Shown one piece after another: positions 14,049 to 27,900 of a stretch of 64,000 bases of DNA (position 1 is its first letter; every line of letters begins with the position of its first letter). Made by a program: the position numbers and the translations under genes. The notes beneath the pieces were generated by a model, which worked only from the letters and a program-made list of their open reading frames with translations, did not search any database and had not been told where the DNA came from. This DNA comes from Ascidiella aspersa (taxonomy: Eukaryota): positions 8,804,001 through 8,868,000 of the forward strand of contig OZ004614.1 in the NCBI GenBank assembly GCA_963924565.1, given 5' to 3'.

Positions 14049-15034
14049 GCTCAATGCAATAATGATTTCTGGTCTCTGAGATTCACTTAAACGCTTGCCC
14101 TTTTCTGACTTTTCGTGCAGTTAAAATTGCAGTATTAAGTTGAATTTTTGTGTAACACTACTTCACGCGTTCTAGGATTAAATAGGGGAAACACTGATTT
14201 TAATTTGTTACAAATTATCAGCCTGTCCGTTTCGAACATTTTAAAAAACTTGAAATACTAATTAATGTATTTTGTTGCTTAATTAAAGTTTTGCTTTTGT
14301 GCTCACGTGATTTCGCGCTTGTTAATTACAGTATTTTTTGCTCACGTTATGGTACGCGCCATAAAGCAGCGTTACGTGTCGCACAGTAAATTAATTAATT
14401 AATTAATTAATGTGAGGTTTGGCTGAATTATAATTTGGACATGTGTACAAGCACTAATTATACGTAAAAGAGTTGATTGTGCTGAGAAGTGGCCTATTTT
14501 CTTTGTACTACCTACTGTACTGAGTGCACCCGAAAAAAAAAGTCCGTATACCTACCAGGTAAGTCCGCACAAGCTTTTGAGATTCAATTTGAGGACAACC
14601 GGGAGATTACTGCCGTGTGATATTTCACCTATTTTTTGTGTCAACAGCCTAAAGCCCGATTCCCACTGGCGTCGTAAGCTCGTCGTTAGGGCCTTCTGAT
14701 CCGACAACGACGAACGTTAACGACGGCCTATGCCCACTGCGTCAGAGCATACGCAGAGCGGCTGTTTTTAGCGATGCTTACGACGCGTTAAGACGAGCTA
14801 ACGACGCTACGACAAAGTAGAAACTTTGTCGGGCCTACGTAAGGACGTCGGGAGTGAAGTAGGCTAGTCAAATCATGGTCTGACTTGTATTTAGTTTTAA
14901 CCAAGCATAATAATAGCACAGGACAAACAAACAGGGTAAAAGTATTTACAACTTGTATTGTCAACAACTGATTAATAGTCATACATTTATAAAAAAGTAA
15001 ACACACCTTTAGTTTGCATCATTTTACATAAAAA

Positions 15035-16427
15035 ATGTCTTTATCCTATCAATGGCAAATGCAATTATTGCGTGAAAAAGTTGTGTTGGTTCAACTAGAA
15101 GCAGCTTGTTTGTATAGTCTCTTGAAAACAAACGAAGCCAGGTATGTTGAGTAAATAAAGTTTATCGTTTTTCACAAAAAAACAGTTTTTTTGTAAGCAG
15201 AGAATTCTGGGCCGATGAGATTTTCATGGAAAGAGATAGTCAATCAGAATTTCTTCTTGTGGACAAACTACTTGCAAAAAAAAATCCAGAAAAATTTAGG
15301 CAATATATGCGAATGAACCCTGATCAATTTAATTATATTTTGGAATTGCTATCGCCTCATATAGCAAAAATTACAACAAACTTTCGAAAACCAATAACTC
15401 CCAAACAGAGGCTTGTATTGACTATCAGGTATGACATCAATATATTAAGTATAACATAAAACAATTAAAAACTAAATAATATAAATTCATCAGGTATCTG
15501 GCAACGGGATCTTCCCAAAAGCAGTTGTCATACTCTTTTAGAGTAGGTCATTCAACTATTGGGAAAATCCTTAGAGAAACCCTTTTAGCAATTTGGAATG
15601 TCCTTGGCAGACAAGTTTTAAAACCACCAAACCAGGAAGAATGGATCAAAATTGCTTCTGAATTTGAAACTCTTTGGAACTTTCCAAATTGTATTGGTGC
15701 AATTGATGGAAAGCATATTCGAATAAAAAGTCCACCACATAGTGGATCAGAGTATTTTAATTATAAGGGTTATTTTTCAATTGTCTTGTTGGCTGTGTGT
15801 GATGCACACTACAGATTTATTTTGGTTGACATTGGGGACTCTGGTCGTCATAGCGATGGAGGTATTCTTTTCAATTCTGAAATAGGACGAAGACTTGAGA
15901 GCAATCTCCTGGGTATTCCAGCTCCATCCAAATTAAAGCAATCCAGTATAACAGTTCCATACATGCTAGTTGGTGATGATGCCTTTCCGTTAAAAAAGTA
16001 TCTGATGAAGCCATATCCTGGAAGATTTCTAACAAAGGAAAAAAATATATTCAATTATAGACTAAGTAGGGCCCGCAGAGTAGTGGAAAATGCGTTTGGT
16101 ATTTTAGCTGTAAGATGGCAGATTTTTTACAATTTAATAAATTGTAAACCTGAGCTTGCAGAAATGGCAGTCCAAGCAAGTATTGCACTTCATAATTATT
16201 TGCAGTCACCATCCAGTAATTTTGGTGACATCCCAGATGAGTCTGGAGAGTGCATTCCCGGATCCTGGAGAAGTTCGATTCCCACCTCAGTCAACCTTAG
16301 CAGGGTCACAAATATCGGATCGAACTTCTATGCTAGAGAAGCAAGATTTATTAGGGATGAACTGTGTCAGCACTTTAACACAGTTGGTGCTGTGCCATGG
16401 CAGTGGACCATAGGAGACCATAATTAG
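15035..16427 (+). CDS. Harbinger/HARBI1-like DDE transposase, 3 exons (15035-15141, 15201-15428, 15494-16427), ~422 aa
   Basis: Motifs CIGAIDGKH, YFNYKGYFSIVLLAVCDA, VGDDAFPL, FNYRLSRARRVVENAFG; GT-AG introns; frame continuous. Confidence 0.95.
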
Positions 16428-16663
16428 ACCTTACACTTATAAAGGCAATGTTATAAATGAATAACCACCGAGACAGTGTACTTTTTTCAGTCTTTAACAT
16501 TATTGCAGTTTCAGACAGTGTAATAATTGAAAACAGCAATGTTATAAAAGTGAACAGCAGATGTTTTATTTCTTTGTGGAGAATATTTACTATAAAACAT
16601 ATTTGACATATTGTAAAATTGTTTTTGGTTTTCACAGCATAATAATTAATTAAGTACTGTATA

Positions 16664-18214
16664 ATGGAGGAAGAGACTTGGAATCGGAAGCTGATTGACA
16701 TTGTGTCAAGCCTACCTATTATATACAATCAATTTCACCCTGACAAAAAAAATAAAAACAAAAATGAAAGTACCTGGAAAGAAGTCGCTGCCAAAATGAA
16801 TTCATCTGGTACTTTTGTTTTCAAAACTTTTCATTTAATATTATATTACTGTTATACACTATCTACTGCTCAAATCAGTTTACTGATATTCTTAAGTTAA
16901 AGCAATGCTTACCACTATTTGTTTCACAATACGCAGTACAGTTCTGCCAGATGCGATGGGGAAATTTGAGAAGCACCTATGCACGAAAGCATAAAAAGGT
17001 ATCTGGTGCTTTAAGTGGATCTGGTGTGCAGGCTCCGGAAGCCTGGCCATACTTTTCACAGCTGTCTTTCTTGGAAAGTTATATAAAACACAGAAGGTGT
17101 GACTTGTTTGTACTCCCAGAAAAACTTCAAGGAAGAGTTATTAGAATGCCTTTAAAATCAGTGTTAATAGCATGTTTTAAATACTATACAGATTTGTTGG
17201 AAATTCATGCATTGATATTCATACAGATTTTGTTCCTTAAAAAATTTCAAATTGTAAGTTCTATTCCAGCACCAAATTCAGCCATAAAAGATAGGTAGCA
17301 ACATTAAACCATATAAATATGCAGAGCTTTAGACAGATTTTTTTCATTGTTTTCATTTGACAAACAACAAATATTTCTGCATCATTTTTCTAGCACAAAG
17401 GACAACTTTTTCTCCCAAGAAGTCACAGAAACTGAGGAAATGGTTACAGTTTCTGAAAATTTTGGTAAAAACACTACTTTATTGAACCTCTATCACCCTC
17501 TATCACACATTTTATTTCTCGAGTCTGAGGAGTGAGAATCGGTAGTAATTTTCGGACAAAGGAGTAGCATTAAAATGAAAAAAGGAGTTCTAAGTTACAC
17601 AAATATTTAAAGCACAAATAGTAAATGTATGACTATTTATCAGAGTTATAATTGAAGGTTTCAGGCACAAGGTTTTAAATCAACTCCACAGCTCTGGTTG
17701 TAATGTAAATAGTTTTCTTCCTTTATATTTCAATGAATTTGCTTTTATATACTGCAAGTACAATACAGATTGTAGTGCCTTTTCAAATGGAGAATTGGAG
17801 GGACAGTTAAACAACAGTGACACTCCAACATGCAGTGAGACAGTTTATGATGCAAACGGCAGCAAGAAGAGGAAGACAGTAAAAGAAAGTGATCAAAGAG
17901 AATTCCAGGTAAATACATTGTTACTAATTACCATGTAGTCTTTTTTGCAGTTTAGTATGTAAAGAAAATGTTAGGTGTTTGGTCTATTGCAATATTACCA
18001 TGCTAGTATTTTTTTGCAGAGAAAAATGCTCAATGTTTTAGAAACGTCACACTCAAGGTTGGCAAGTTTAAGTGAGCCCAGGCAGAATGATAGGTTTGAC
18101 AATTTTGGTGCTTTTATAGCATCAGAGTTGAGAGCCAAGTCCCCACAGCATGTAACTCTATACATGCAACACATGACGCAAGTACTTTATGCTGATATAT
18201 CTTCTGATTTTTGA
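16664..18214 (+). CDS. Harbinger accessory MADF/Myb-SANT DNA-binding protein, 5 exons (16664-16808, 16937-17096, 17394-17464, 17769-17908, 18020-18214)
   Basis: LIDIVSSLPIIYN...WKEVAAKM...CQMRWGNLRSTYAR...WPYFSQLSFL (MADF tryptophan pattern); KKRK NLS-like motif; C-terminal DNFGAFIASELR (BESS-like); frame continuous. Confidence 0.9.
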
Positions 18215-19661
18215 TACCATTTTGTATTTTCCTTGATGATTGCTTTCTGTTGCTCCTCTTTTTCTTTTGTGTAAAAAAATCAAAATGAAAAATGAAACTG
18301 AGTCTTATTTTCTGAGGTATATGATTATATCCAAAGCGTGAAGTAAGCCACGTGCACTGAGAAACCCTGCTTGAATAAGATATAACAGCTCTTTTATTTT
18401 AGTTAGACCTTGTTTTTTTGCATAATACCCTTTTATGCTGATCCTACGATCATAGTATATTAAAATTAGGTATGGTGTTGTTTTAAAACATTTTTATAGA
18501 TACAGCTTAACATACTATAGCACCGTTATAAGTATTGAAATAAATCATTTTTTACTTGGTTACAAGTCTTTGTCAAACTGAAAATTTATTTACATGTAGG
18601 GCTTGTAGGCGTACGATATATTAGAATAAGGTCGTTTCACAATCGTAGCAGTGGGCATCGACCGTACGTAACCAACATCGCTGTCGGATCAGTCGTGTTT
18701 TTCAAAATCGGAGGAAGCATGGGGATTCCCCGATCGTAGTCGTATCGTTAACCAGTGGGAATCCCGCTTAACGCTGTTGGCACTTAAGACTCCCCGCAAA
18801 ATGCAATTTCTACCAAAATATATCTAGTTTAATATAATTTTCTATTCAACTTTGCAGCTATTGTGTCATGAGTAACATTTATTCAAATTTTAAAACAATA
18901 TCACGTAATGTATTTTTTACGTGATTGCGGGTGTCGCCATTTAGCTGTGTAGGTCAGTGGTCTTCAACCTGTTGGTCGCGATCCAAACTGAGGTCGTTTA
19001 AAATTTTTATGGTCGCCATAACTCACTATATTTCCGCTGTTTAAGTACGATTTATTAATTTCCTTTTCTTAACAATCTCGTCCCACTGATAAATGTGACT
19101 GACTTCATCTTCTACATGAAGCGCATCGAATGTCGAACTTTCTTGAATTGTTTCATTTCAAAGTCGATATTTATACTATTTACTCTTCCAAAAAATACTC
19201 CACAGTATAACCTGTCTTTGATAAAACTAAATATTTTAAATTCACCCCAATCCTTAATTGTAAAATAACATTAATTACCGTAGATATTTTATCAGGGTTT
19301 ATCGCAGAAACGAGTCTCTTTGAAGGGGTTTAACAAAAAGACAAATAAGGTAGGCCTATTGGTAGGCATTTATTTATAAACAAGATGGACTCTAGGCTAT
19401 TTTTTGACAACATATAAATAATTAAGCTGTACACTTTAACTTAGACTTCAAAGTTTTGCCCGAATGTGCTATTAAAACTAGGACAAAATATATTCTTATT
19501 TTTTGTACCAGAAGTAGCTTTATCTTCCAAACCGTATTCCCTTTAAATTGTAATAATTGCTTTATTCTTGTGTACACACTGCAACCAAATTATATACGGC
19601 AATGAACCCAATTGCCCTACATTGGTATCTTGTATCCATACTGTATATACAAACACTAAAG

Positions 19662-21159
19662 CAGGGGCGTCCAACCCGCGGCCCGCGGGCCACATGTGGC
19701 CCGTTAAACTTTCCGCATTTCATGTTAATTCTCACTAGTTAATACGAAGACAATTTTTCTTACATGAGTAACTTTTTTTACTAAAAATCTAGCCAGTGTC
19801 AGGGCTGCCACTCTGATTTTCAATTTATTCCAAGGTTTCTTGTCTAAAAATGTGGCCCGTTAAACTTTCCGCATTTCATGTTAATTCTCACTAGTTAATA
19901 CGAAGACAATTTTTCTTACATGAGTAACTTTTTTTACTAAAAATCTAGCCAGTGTCAGGGCTGCCACTCTGATTTTCAATTTATCCCAAGGTTTCTTGTC
20001 TAAAAATCCCAAGAATTGTCAAATAATCCCAAAATTATAAAAGTTCAAATATAAGAGACTGTGGCGGACTTAACAGTGTACATCCATTTGTATCGAAGCT
20101 CTAACAGCTCTCACTAATATCGTCGATTGGTTCCGGAGCAATACGCCGGAAGCAAGCTAGTAAATGAACTGTTTCGTCACACAAGAAAGTAAATAGCATT
20201 GTTACGTTACATAAGTTGCACATTATTACCTCGCTAAAGATACAGTCCGCTTTACAATCATTTTTTCGACGCATTTACTTCCAGTGTAAACTATTTTATC
20301 TAATAGAGCTATAGCCCCCCAGGCTCGTCTTGAACGTCGTACGAAATCCTAAAGGTTATTCTTGAGCTATTAATTCATCACACATTTCTCCTTGCGTCAT
20401 TGGCGTGACATATTGGAACGATTCAAGTCGTTTGACCAGAAACAAACACAGACAGTTTCTCCAACGAACACCGTTAACTTCACACTCGCCATAACGCTCC
20501 CTTACTCCACATCTAGGATGCCGTCGCAACCCCCTAACACAATGTATGATCACTAGTGCGTGTAAGCAAATTAGACACGAGTCGATTTCACATACTTTTT
20601 GACTATTTTAACTACATAAGGGCAAAAAATTTTCGCGTTCGCGCGAACCATCATTCTACTTCCTGTTTGTTTACGTTGTGCTACTGTGTTTTCACCAAGA
20701 TCAACGCTTTTACCGTTGCGCCGTGGAAGGCCGCTAAGTGCGTCACGAAAAACGTATTCAAAATGTTGGAGATATATTTTTTAACATATTTGTATTTTCG
20801 GCAATATCGTGCTCGCTTCGCTCGCCAGGTGGGTCTTCACTTCAAAACTAACAAACACCGACCTACATTAACTTTAAATGTTATTTTTATAACGCTTTTA
20901 TTAGTAGTATGAATGACGACGTGTAAACTCGAATTTTAAACCAAACCAACGCTTTATTTCGCGCTTCGCGTCAACACTTTACTGCCTCCGTAAACGTAAT
21001 TAAACACATTTTAAGGGCAAAAACGACCCGAGGCTCGGCTGATTGACAGTTGTTGTAACATTAAAATAACACAATTCTTAGTTATTAACTTGTGCGGCCC
21101 GCGGAGTCCTTTCTGATTTTGGTTTTGGCACGCGACTAGAAAAAGGTTGCCGACCCCTG
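19662..21159 (+). mobile_element. Composite non-autonomous hAT element with internal ~157-bp tandem duplication
   Basis: CAGGGGCGTCCAACC...GGTTGCCGACCCCTG; perfect TSD CACTAAAG; duplicated block starting ATGTGGCCCGTTAAAC at ~19694 and ~19850. Confidence 0.88.
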
Positions 21160-21773
21160 CACTAAAGCATGGGACGTTCGCAGTTAAACTTTTGCTATCA
21201 TACCAACAAGTTAAGTCGCAACTTTCGTGATGAATATAACATTATCACTTAACAAGAGAATTCAAAGCGGGCTAAGTTGCTATCCCCCTATTTAATTGAC
21301 AGCCTTTACTATACCCATTGTTTCCAAGGGAGAACAAGGCATATGTTTGACCATGTAAAGGTGAAATTTACAACAGTGTGTAGAACAGTTTTATTCGTTC
21401 ATAGACTAATCTTACATCTATAAATAAAATGGTAATAATTCGTATTCTCAAAAGATACAATATCCAACACTTCTGGTTGTTTTCAACATGCTGCAACTGT
21501 ATATGTTTAGCTAATGAGGATTCTCTTGTATAAAATTCGGGACTAAATTGGCAGTTAATTATGGCTGATCATGACATTCCACATGGTCACTATTTTAGGT
21601 TTTCTTGTTACACCATTATTTCGTACAAAAAGTGCGCGGTATACGGATGGAATTGCTTTGTCTTTATTAAGGTATTTTTAACGGGCTCGCTTTAAAAAAA
21701 CGTTAAAACTAGTTTCAGTTTACACCGCAAACATTTTGTTCCATCATTGACTGGTATATCTTGCTTTTGTGGT

Positions 21774-21945
21774 TCAAATCAAGAGACTCCATGACATTTG
21801 GTTGTCGTATTTGCAGCAGACATCAACAAAAACAAGATGGAGCAAAATTAATACAAAAATGATAAGTATGACGATGTTACGAAGCATTGTGAATTGATTT
21901 GCTTTCACTTTTTATATAATTCTAGTTGTAACACTTCTTTTAATT
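21774..21945 (-). CDS. Candidate terminal exon encoding a transmembrane helix (…MLRNIVILIIFVLILLHLVFVDVCCKYDNQMSWSLLI*), frame-disrupted upstream of the helix
   Basis: TTGTTTTCTAG acceptor at 21946; ~20 hydrophobic residues followed by CC; joining it to repeat 6 needs one extra A in the A5 run near 21909-21913 and read-through of the TAG at 22593. Confidence 0.5.
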
Positions 21946-24900
21946 CTAGAAAACAAATAAAGTTATATTTAGAAAATTAATTTAGTCGAAACAAACACCA
22001 CATGAGCTAAGGCAAAAATGAAATGATTGTTGGTAATTTATTTTTACTATCTGTTGTTTGTCTTGTTTAGTTGAACTTTTAAACGTTGTTTTGTGGTCGT
22101 ATTCAGCCTATTTATTAATCTGTCTCAATAGATTTCAATGGAAAACGCCATGCTGCATGTCTGCAAGTAACAATTTGTAAATGACTTGACTCGACTTAAG
22201 TTTTATGAGGGTAATGACGTAACTTGAGACAAATGATTCGTGTGACTATAAGACCTTCGGAAAAATGGCTTAAAAAGAAATAAGATATTTTTATTAAACA
22301 TTTTTTATAAAATGGACGTATTTATCTTAACATTTACACATAAACAATTTACTTGCATTAAATTTATTTATTATTTTTTAAATGATATATTGCTTATACT
22401 CGGATGATTTGACCAATTTTATTAGTTTAACTTTGTATTCTCATGACAAGGACTTGACTTGGAGATGACTTTGCACAAAATGACTTGGACTAAGACTTGT
22501 TATTTATTTAAAAAGATTTGACTTGAACTTAAGACATTTCAAAATGATTGGTTTACCACACTAAGATTTTAGATCCAATTATTACCCCGTTTCTAAACCA
22601 AAATAATTTCCATCATTTTAGACATTGTGGCCTTGATTTCTTCTTTGGAAATTTCTGCACCATTAGTTCTGCAAAAATAAAGTTTTGATTTACATACCAA
22701 GTATTCAAACATATAACGCACTTTTTTTTACAAAACGCTTGGTATATTTTTAGGTTAGTAGTGAGTGTAATTTGGGTATACAAACAGTGATGAAAATATT
22801 TTTATCAATTTCTTCAATTGCTGCATCGTTTTATTTTGTTTGATTTTATTTGTTAAAGTGGACGATTCTCACTTTGAAAAGAGAGTGTATCCGAAAACAG
22901 CTAGGCCACTTTTGGATTGAACTGACGCTTTGTTTTTCGTAGAATATTTCTTTCGATAATGCGACACAATTAGTTTGGGGCTCGTATCCTGAAAACAAAA
23001 CCAGCGTTTTTCACAGAATGATTAAAATTTAAAAGATTTATATCAACAAAAAATATACCAGCAAGTTAGGAAGTCGGCTTAAATCGTTAGCTACTCCATT
23101 ACCTGGCCTTTTGGCCTGATAATTAATTTAATGACAAATCCCGATTATTAATATTCTGGCGCATCAGGTATCAAAGCCGAATTTGTTGTATCATAAAACA
23201 CAATCAACAGAGACCGAATTTTTGTTTAAAGTGCAATATATTTGAATTAGAATCGGTGTAATTTTTGATAGAAAAGTCAAATGGGTCGTATTAGCGGGAA
23301 ATAAACCTTCTTTAGTACATTTGCTGAATTGCGAAACAACTTTTGTCACATTCCGAAAACATTGGCAGACTTCATAATTTGATTTTTCAGATAGAAAACG
23401 ATCGTTTCGAATATACTTACCCCAGTGAGAGGCAAGTAAAAGTACACCTCGCAAACTGTTGCTACGCCTGCAGAATGTACTTGGACGCCACCATATTGCA
23501 AGATATTGTTGCGTAAAATAAGCAAACCATCAAAAGTACCAAACTTGCCCCTTTCAAAAGCTCCGGCTTTTGAGTCCACCTTTCAAAAACACAGAGCATC
23601 GTTAAAGTTTGGGCAAAATTTAGAAAAAGTTTTTAACCAAAGTCCCTCAATACAAATGTTGGTAAATCACCTTCACCAAATTTAATTACCTCTATAGAGT
23701 ATTGTCCTGGCCCAGCTTCAAAATCAATAACAAAAAATGCGGTGAAAGGATGTACGGTGAAGGTTTCAAAGATGTACGATGCACCTCTAAATATCATTTT
23801 TTGTCAAAAAAAGTTAGGCCATATGTTAAAAAACAGCCTTTCTTATCTGGGGTAAATTTACCCGTAAGGGCCTGAGGCCATTTGTTATTTTTATTTTTTA
23901 ATACATGAGCAGCACTTTATATATTGGGGTAAATGTGATATTTATTTTTAATAAAAGGGTAAAACAAACAAAAAAGGAACTCCTATTTTAAACGGACATC
24001 CAAAAATAAAAATAACATATTTCACGTACGAGTAACTTATGTCGTAAATTGCTTGTTGACGTCTCGCATTTCCCACTTTGAAGTAAACCTTGAAATATAA
24101 TTTTATCGCTGAACATTTAGTTATTGTCAATGGGCAATGAATATATTTTGCAAAAGTATAGATAAATGCCGTGTAGGCATCTGATTTCGTGTTAGTTATC
24201 GAGGACAAAGAAAAATCACACTAACAATATACCCGGTTGCATCTGTTGCATCTGTTGCATATTTAATATATGTAGGCTATTCTGTCCAAGACAGCTCCCA
24301 AATTTAACCGTGCAAATGGGTTGCTAATGCGATTTTAATTATGACAAAAACACTCATCGCAACCGAATCATATCGGTTCGTTTTTTTGTCAAAACTCAGA
24401 CTTAAGCAGAGCCGTAACTTTGTCAGCTGTTTTTGTGTTTGTGTTTGCCACTGATGGTGTCATTCATCAGCAACAGCTGAACGAATACAAGCTTGCCACT
24501 ACATTTGGTGACCCCGGTCCAAGAAACAAAATTTCTTGGCTATAAACGAGTTTATTGTTTAAACATCAAAATTCAAGCACGCCAAGCGCCGTTTCTCTAA
24601 AGCAGGGGTTCCCAACCTGGGGCCATGGCCCCTAGGGGTGCACAAGCCTTTTTCAAGGGGGCCATTAAAAAAATTGAAAGACAGTAATATTTTTAAATTA
24701 TCATCTCTAAGTCTACTAAACTATAACAAAATAAACAAATTACAATTTAATAAAAATATTAGTACAACAATAAGTACTTCTTAATCTTGAGTTTCCAGGA
24801 GTGTATCAGTCCCATTGGGTAGCGTGTATACCTAAATAAATTTCCTTTTTTGTTGGGTAAAAAAACATGCTACCCAATTGGAAGAAAATGTTTTTTTTGG

Positions 24901-27900
24901 TAGTAATTAAGATTTCATACCCAAATATTCATGGAACGTTTCTACCCAAAACAGGAAAATTGGGTAATAATCACAAGTACCCAATTCCAATTTCTCGAAT
25001 TGGGTAATCATAACACCCTAAAAGAATTAGGTATGAGCTTTTATACCCAAAACGCATGTACCCAAAATCGGTGAATTGGGTAAGGTGAACGAATACCTAA
25101 TAAACAAATTGGGTACTCTTAACTTCCTAAAAACAGTGGTTTCAGCTTAGCATAAAACAAGACTCCAAAGCAAATTTTAAAACGTACAGTTTGGTTTATT
25201 CACAAAATCAAGTCAACTTAAATACACAAAAATCGGTGAATTGGGTAAAGTTAACAAATACCTAATTAACAAATTGGGTACTCATGACTTCCTAAAAATT
25301 AAATACAAACAAGCAGACTGTTTTAAGGATTCTAACCTAAATTTTGGACAAACAAAATCCTCAAATGAACCAAATGGGGATACTATACATAAAGGGCGAG
25401 GAAAAAAATAATGGTTACTTCATTCAGTTTGGGTAGTGCATGAGTTTACTCCGAAAAACGGCAAAATAATTTCGGTACCCTAAAAAACAACCCAAGTAAA
25501 ATTACTTAATATAATTTTGATTTTTTCTTGGGTAAAAACACATGCTACCCAATTAAAGAAAAATATATTTTTGGGTTGTAGGATTTCATACCCAAATTCA
25601 GAGCCGAGATTTGTACACAATATAAATAAATTGAGTATAGTCAACATGTACCCAAATAATATCGGTAGAATGTTAGGTAACGAATGTTCACATAATTGGG
25701 TTTGGGAACTTTGGGTATTCTTAGATTTAGCCCAAAACAAACTTGGGTAAAATCCAAAAGTTAAAAAGAAATATGTTTAGCACCGGGTATAAAAATACCA
25801 ATTAATCGATCATACATTTTATTGTTCATCGTAATGATCAACACAAAACTTGTTCGATAGTGGTTAGGTTGGAAATATAAATAGTTATGGCTTAGAGCTT
25901 AGAGCCTAACATACATTAAATACTCCAGTTTGTTATAACGCTTATTAGGTGTACAAATATTTAAATAACGGCAAAGTGGTGCGTCGATTTTAAATTTTGA
26001 AAGTTGGCGCGAGACGTCACACTCCGTTACGCCTTTGTCTCGCCAAGCGCGCGTCTAAAATTTAGTTTGCAAACCACATAAGTTATGTTTATGTGAGAAG
26101 TGTGATAAACATCAGCCAGTTGCAGTTATCGTGTTCTCAACTTTAAAAGATTCGGATAAAAAAGAAAAGTAAGGTGGATATGTCTAGATCAAGCCTTTTA
26201 TCAGATCCTGTTACTTTTGCCAACTTTCTTATTTGCTTTTTAGAAATTGTGGTGAACGCAAAATTATTTTGGTGAATTCTTTTTCTACCCAACAATGTTG
26301 AATTTTTCGAAAAATGTACCATGAATATTATGTATGGCACGAACTAAAATTACCCAATATAGCATTTGGGTAAAATAATGTAATACCCAAAATATTTATT
26401 GGGAATCCCCACGAGCGTACCCAGAAAAGTAAAGTGGGTACAACCTAATGTTACCTAAGAATACCATTTGGTTGGACAATGCGATACCCAAAAATATTTA
26501 TTGGGAATCCCCACGAGCGTACCCAGGAAATTAAATTAGGTACAGGCTTATGTTACCCAATATATAATTTAGGTAAAATAATGTGATACCCAATAATTTA
26601 GATTAGGTAGATATCAGTGGTACCCAAGGTATTTTGGGTATAAATTGCCCAAAAATATTTATTGGGAATCCCCACGAGCATACCCTGTTTGACAAAAAAG
26701 TACCCAATGACTTTTGGTATTGAATAGTTGAATACCCAATTTTGCTAACAGTGTAGAGGACCACAATTTTAGTGACATTAAGCATAGTTGCACTACAGCT
26801 TACCATCCCCAAGCCAACGGTTTCGTCGAACGCTTTCACCGGCATTGAAAAAGCGTTTTAATTCCACGAATGCAGGCAGCAAATTGGACAGACGAATTGC
26901 CCCGGGTTCTACTAGAAATTCGGGCTACGCCAAAAGAAGATATAAAAGCATCCAGCGCGGTGATGGTCTATGGAACAACTATTTCCTGCCTGGGGATTTT
27001 ATTCCCCACGCAACTAACTTCAGAGTTTTTTCAAACACTTCTAAACTCAATTCGTAACATTCTCCCTACGCCAATGTAAAAGCATCGTAATTTTACCGTT
27101 GATGTTCTGTATGCCTTGTTAAATTGTGCATATGTTTTTGTTCGCACAGATGGTTACCGCCCCCCTCTAAATCCTCCTTATGAGGGCCCATATAAAGTTT
27201 ACGAACGAGTAATGTAGCCCCTGCAGCATGTTAACCGAAGCGTGTCTTGTGCCTTTTTACGTACGTTTTGGCAATTGTCTTTTTCGTTCGTTTTTTTGTT
27301 TGCGTGTCGCGCACGTGGCAACTGGTGTCATTCATCAGAACACGCTGATCGAATACAAGCTTGCCACAACAGCACTAATTTTTTAGAACTCAATTATGGA
27401 ACTGAAGATTTTATTATGTGAAGTTTGTTTGTTTTGGTACTAAATTAAAAATATTTGATTTATTTTAGGACACCCTGTATTTTTTTTGCAACTATATCGT
27501 CAAAAAGTAACAATTACAGTTCAGACTATAGGCCTATATTATATAACTCAGTATCAACTTGTATTTCATATATGGAAAAGTGTTTGAAACATGTATCTCA
27601 GGTGGTTAAGACAAAAACACATAATAAACAATAACGAAAAAGCTATACAAAGATGAATGTATCTGTACTATCTCTAAATCAAATATTACCGCGGGTTTAT
27701 TTTTTCTTGGGCTCTGGTCCACAGAATTAACTAGTGGTTGTTATGGCAAGGTACTTAGATAATTAAAAAAAAAAAAAAAAACTATGGAGTCACTACAATA
27801 CTTTACCATAGAACGGTAATAATGCTTAAAAAATACCAAATATTTACTTGATTTTTAAAAGCCCCTCATCAATTCAAAGCAAACCGAAACGCCATCCTAA

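Larger units (their letters stand above)
14653..18768 (+). mobile_element. PIF/Harbinger DNA transposon, apparently full-length and autonomous
   Basis: TIRs AGCCCGATTCCCACTGG / CCAGTGGGAATCCCGCT; 3-bp TAA TSD (14650-52, 18769-71); encodes a DDE transposase and a MADF/Myb-SANT protein. Confidence 0.95.

Noticed and set aside
26383-26690. Three spaced ~40-bp direct repeats resembling a CRISPR array
   Set aside because: Eukaryotic intronic context, unequal spacing, spacers made of the same TACCCAA motif, no cas genes
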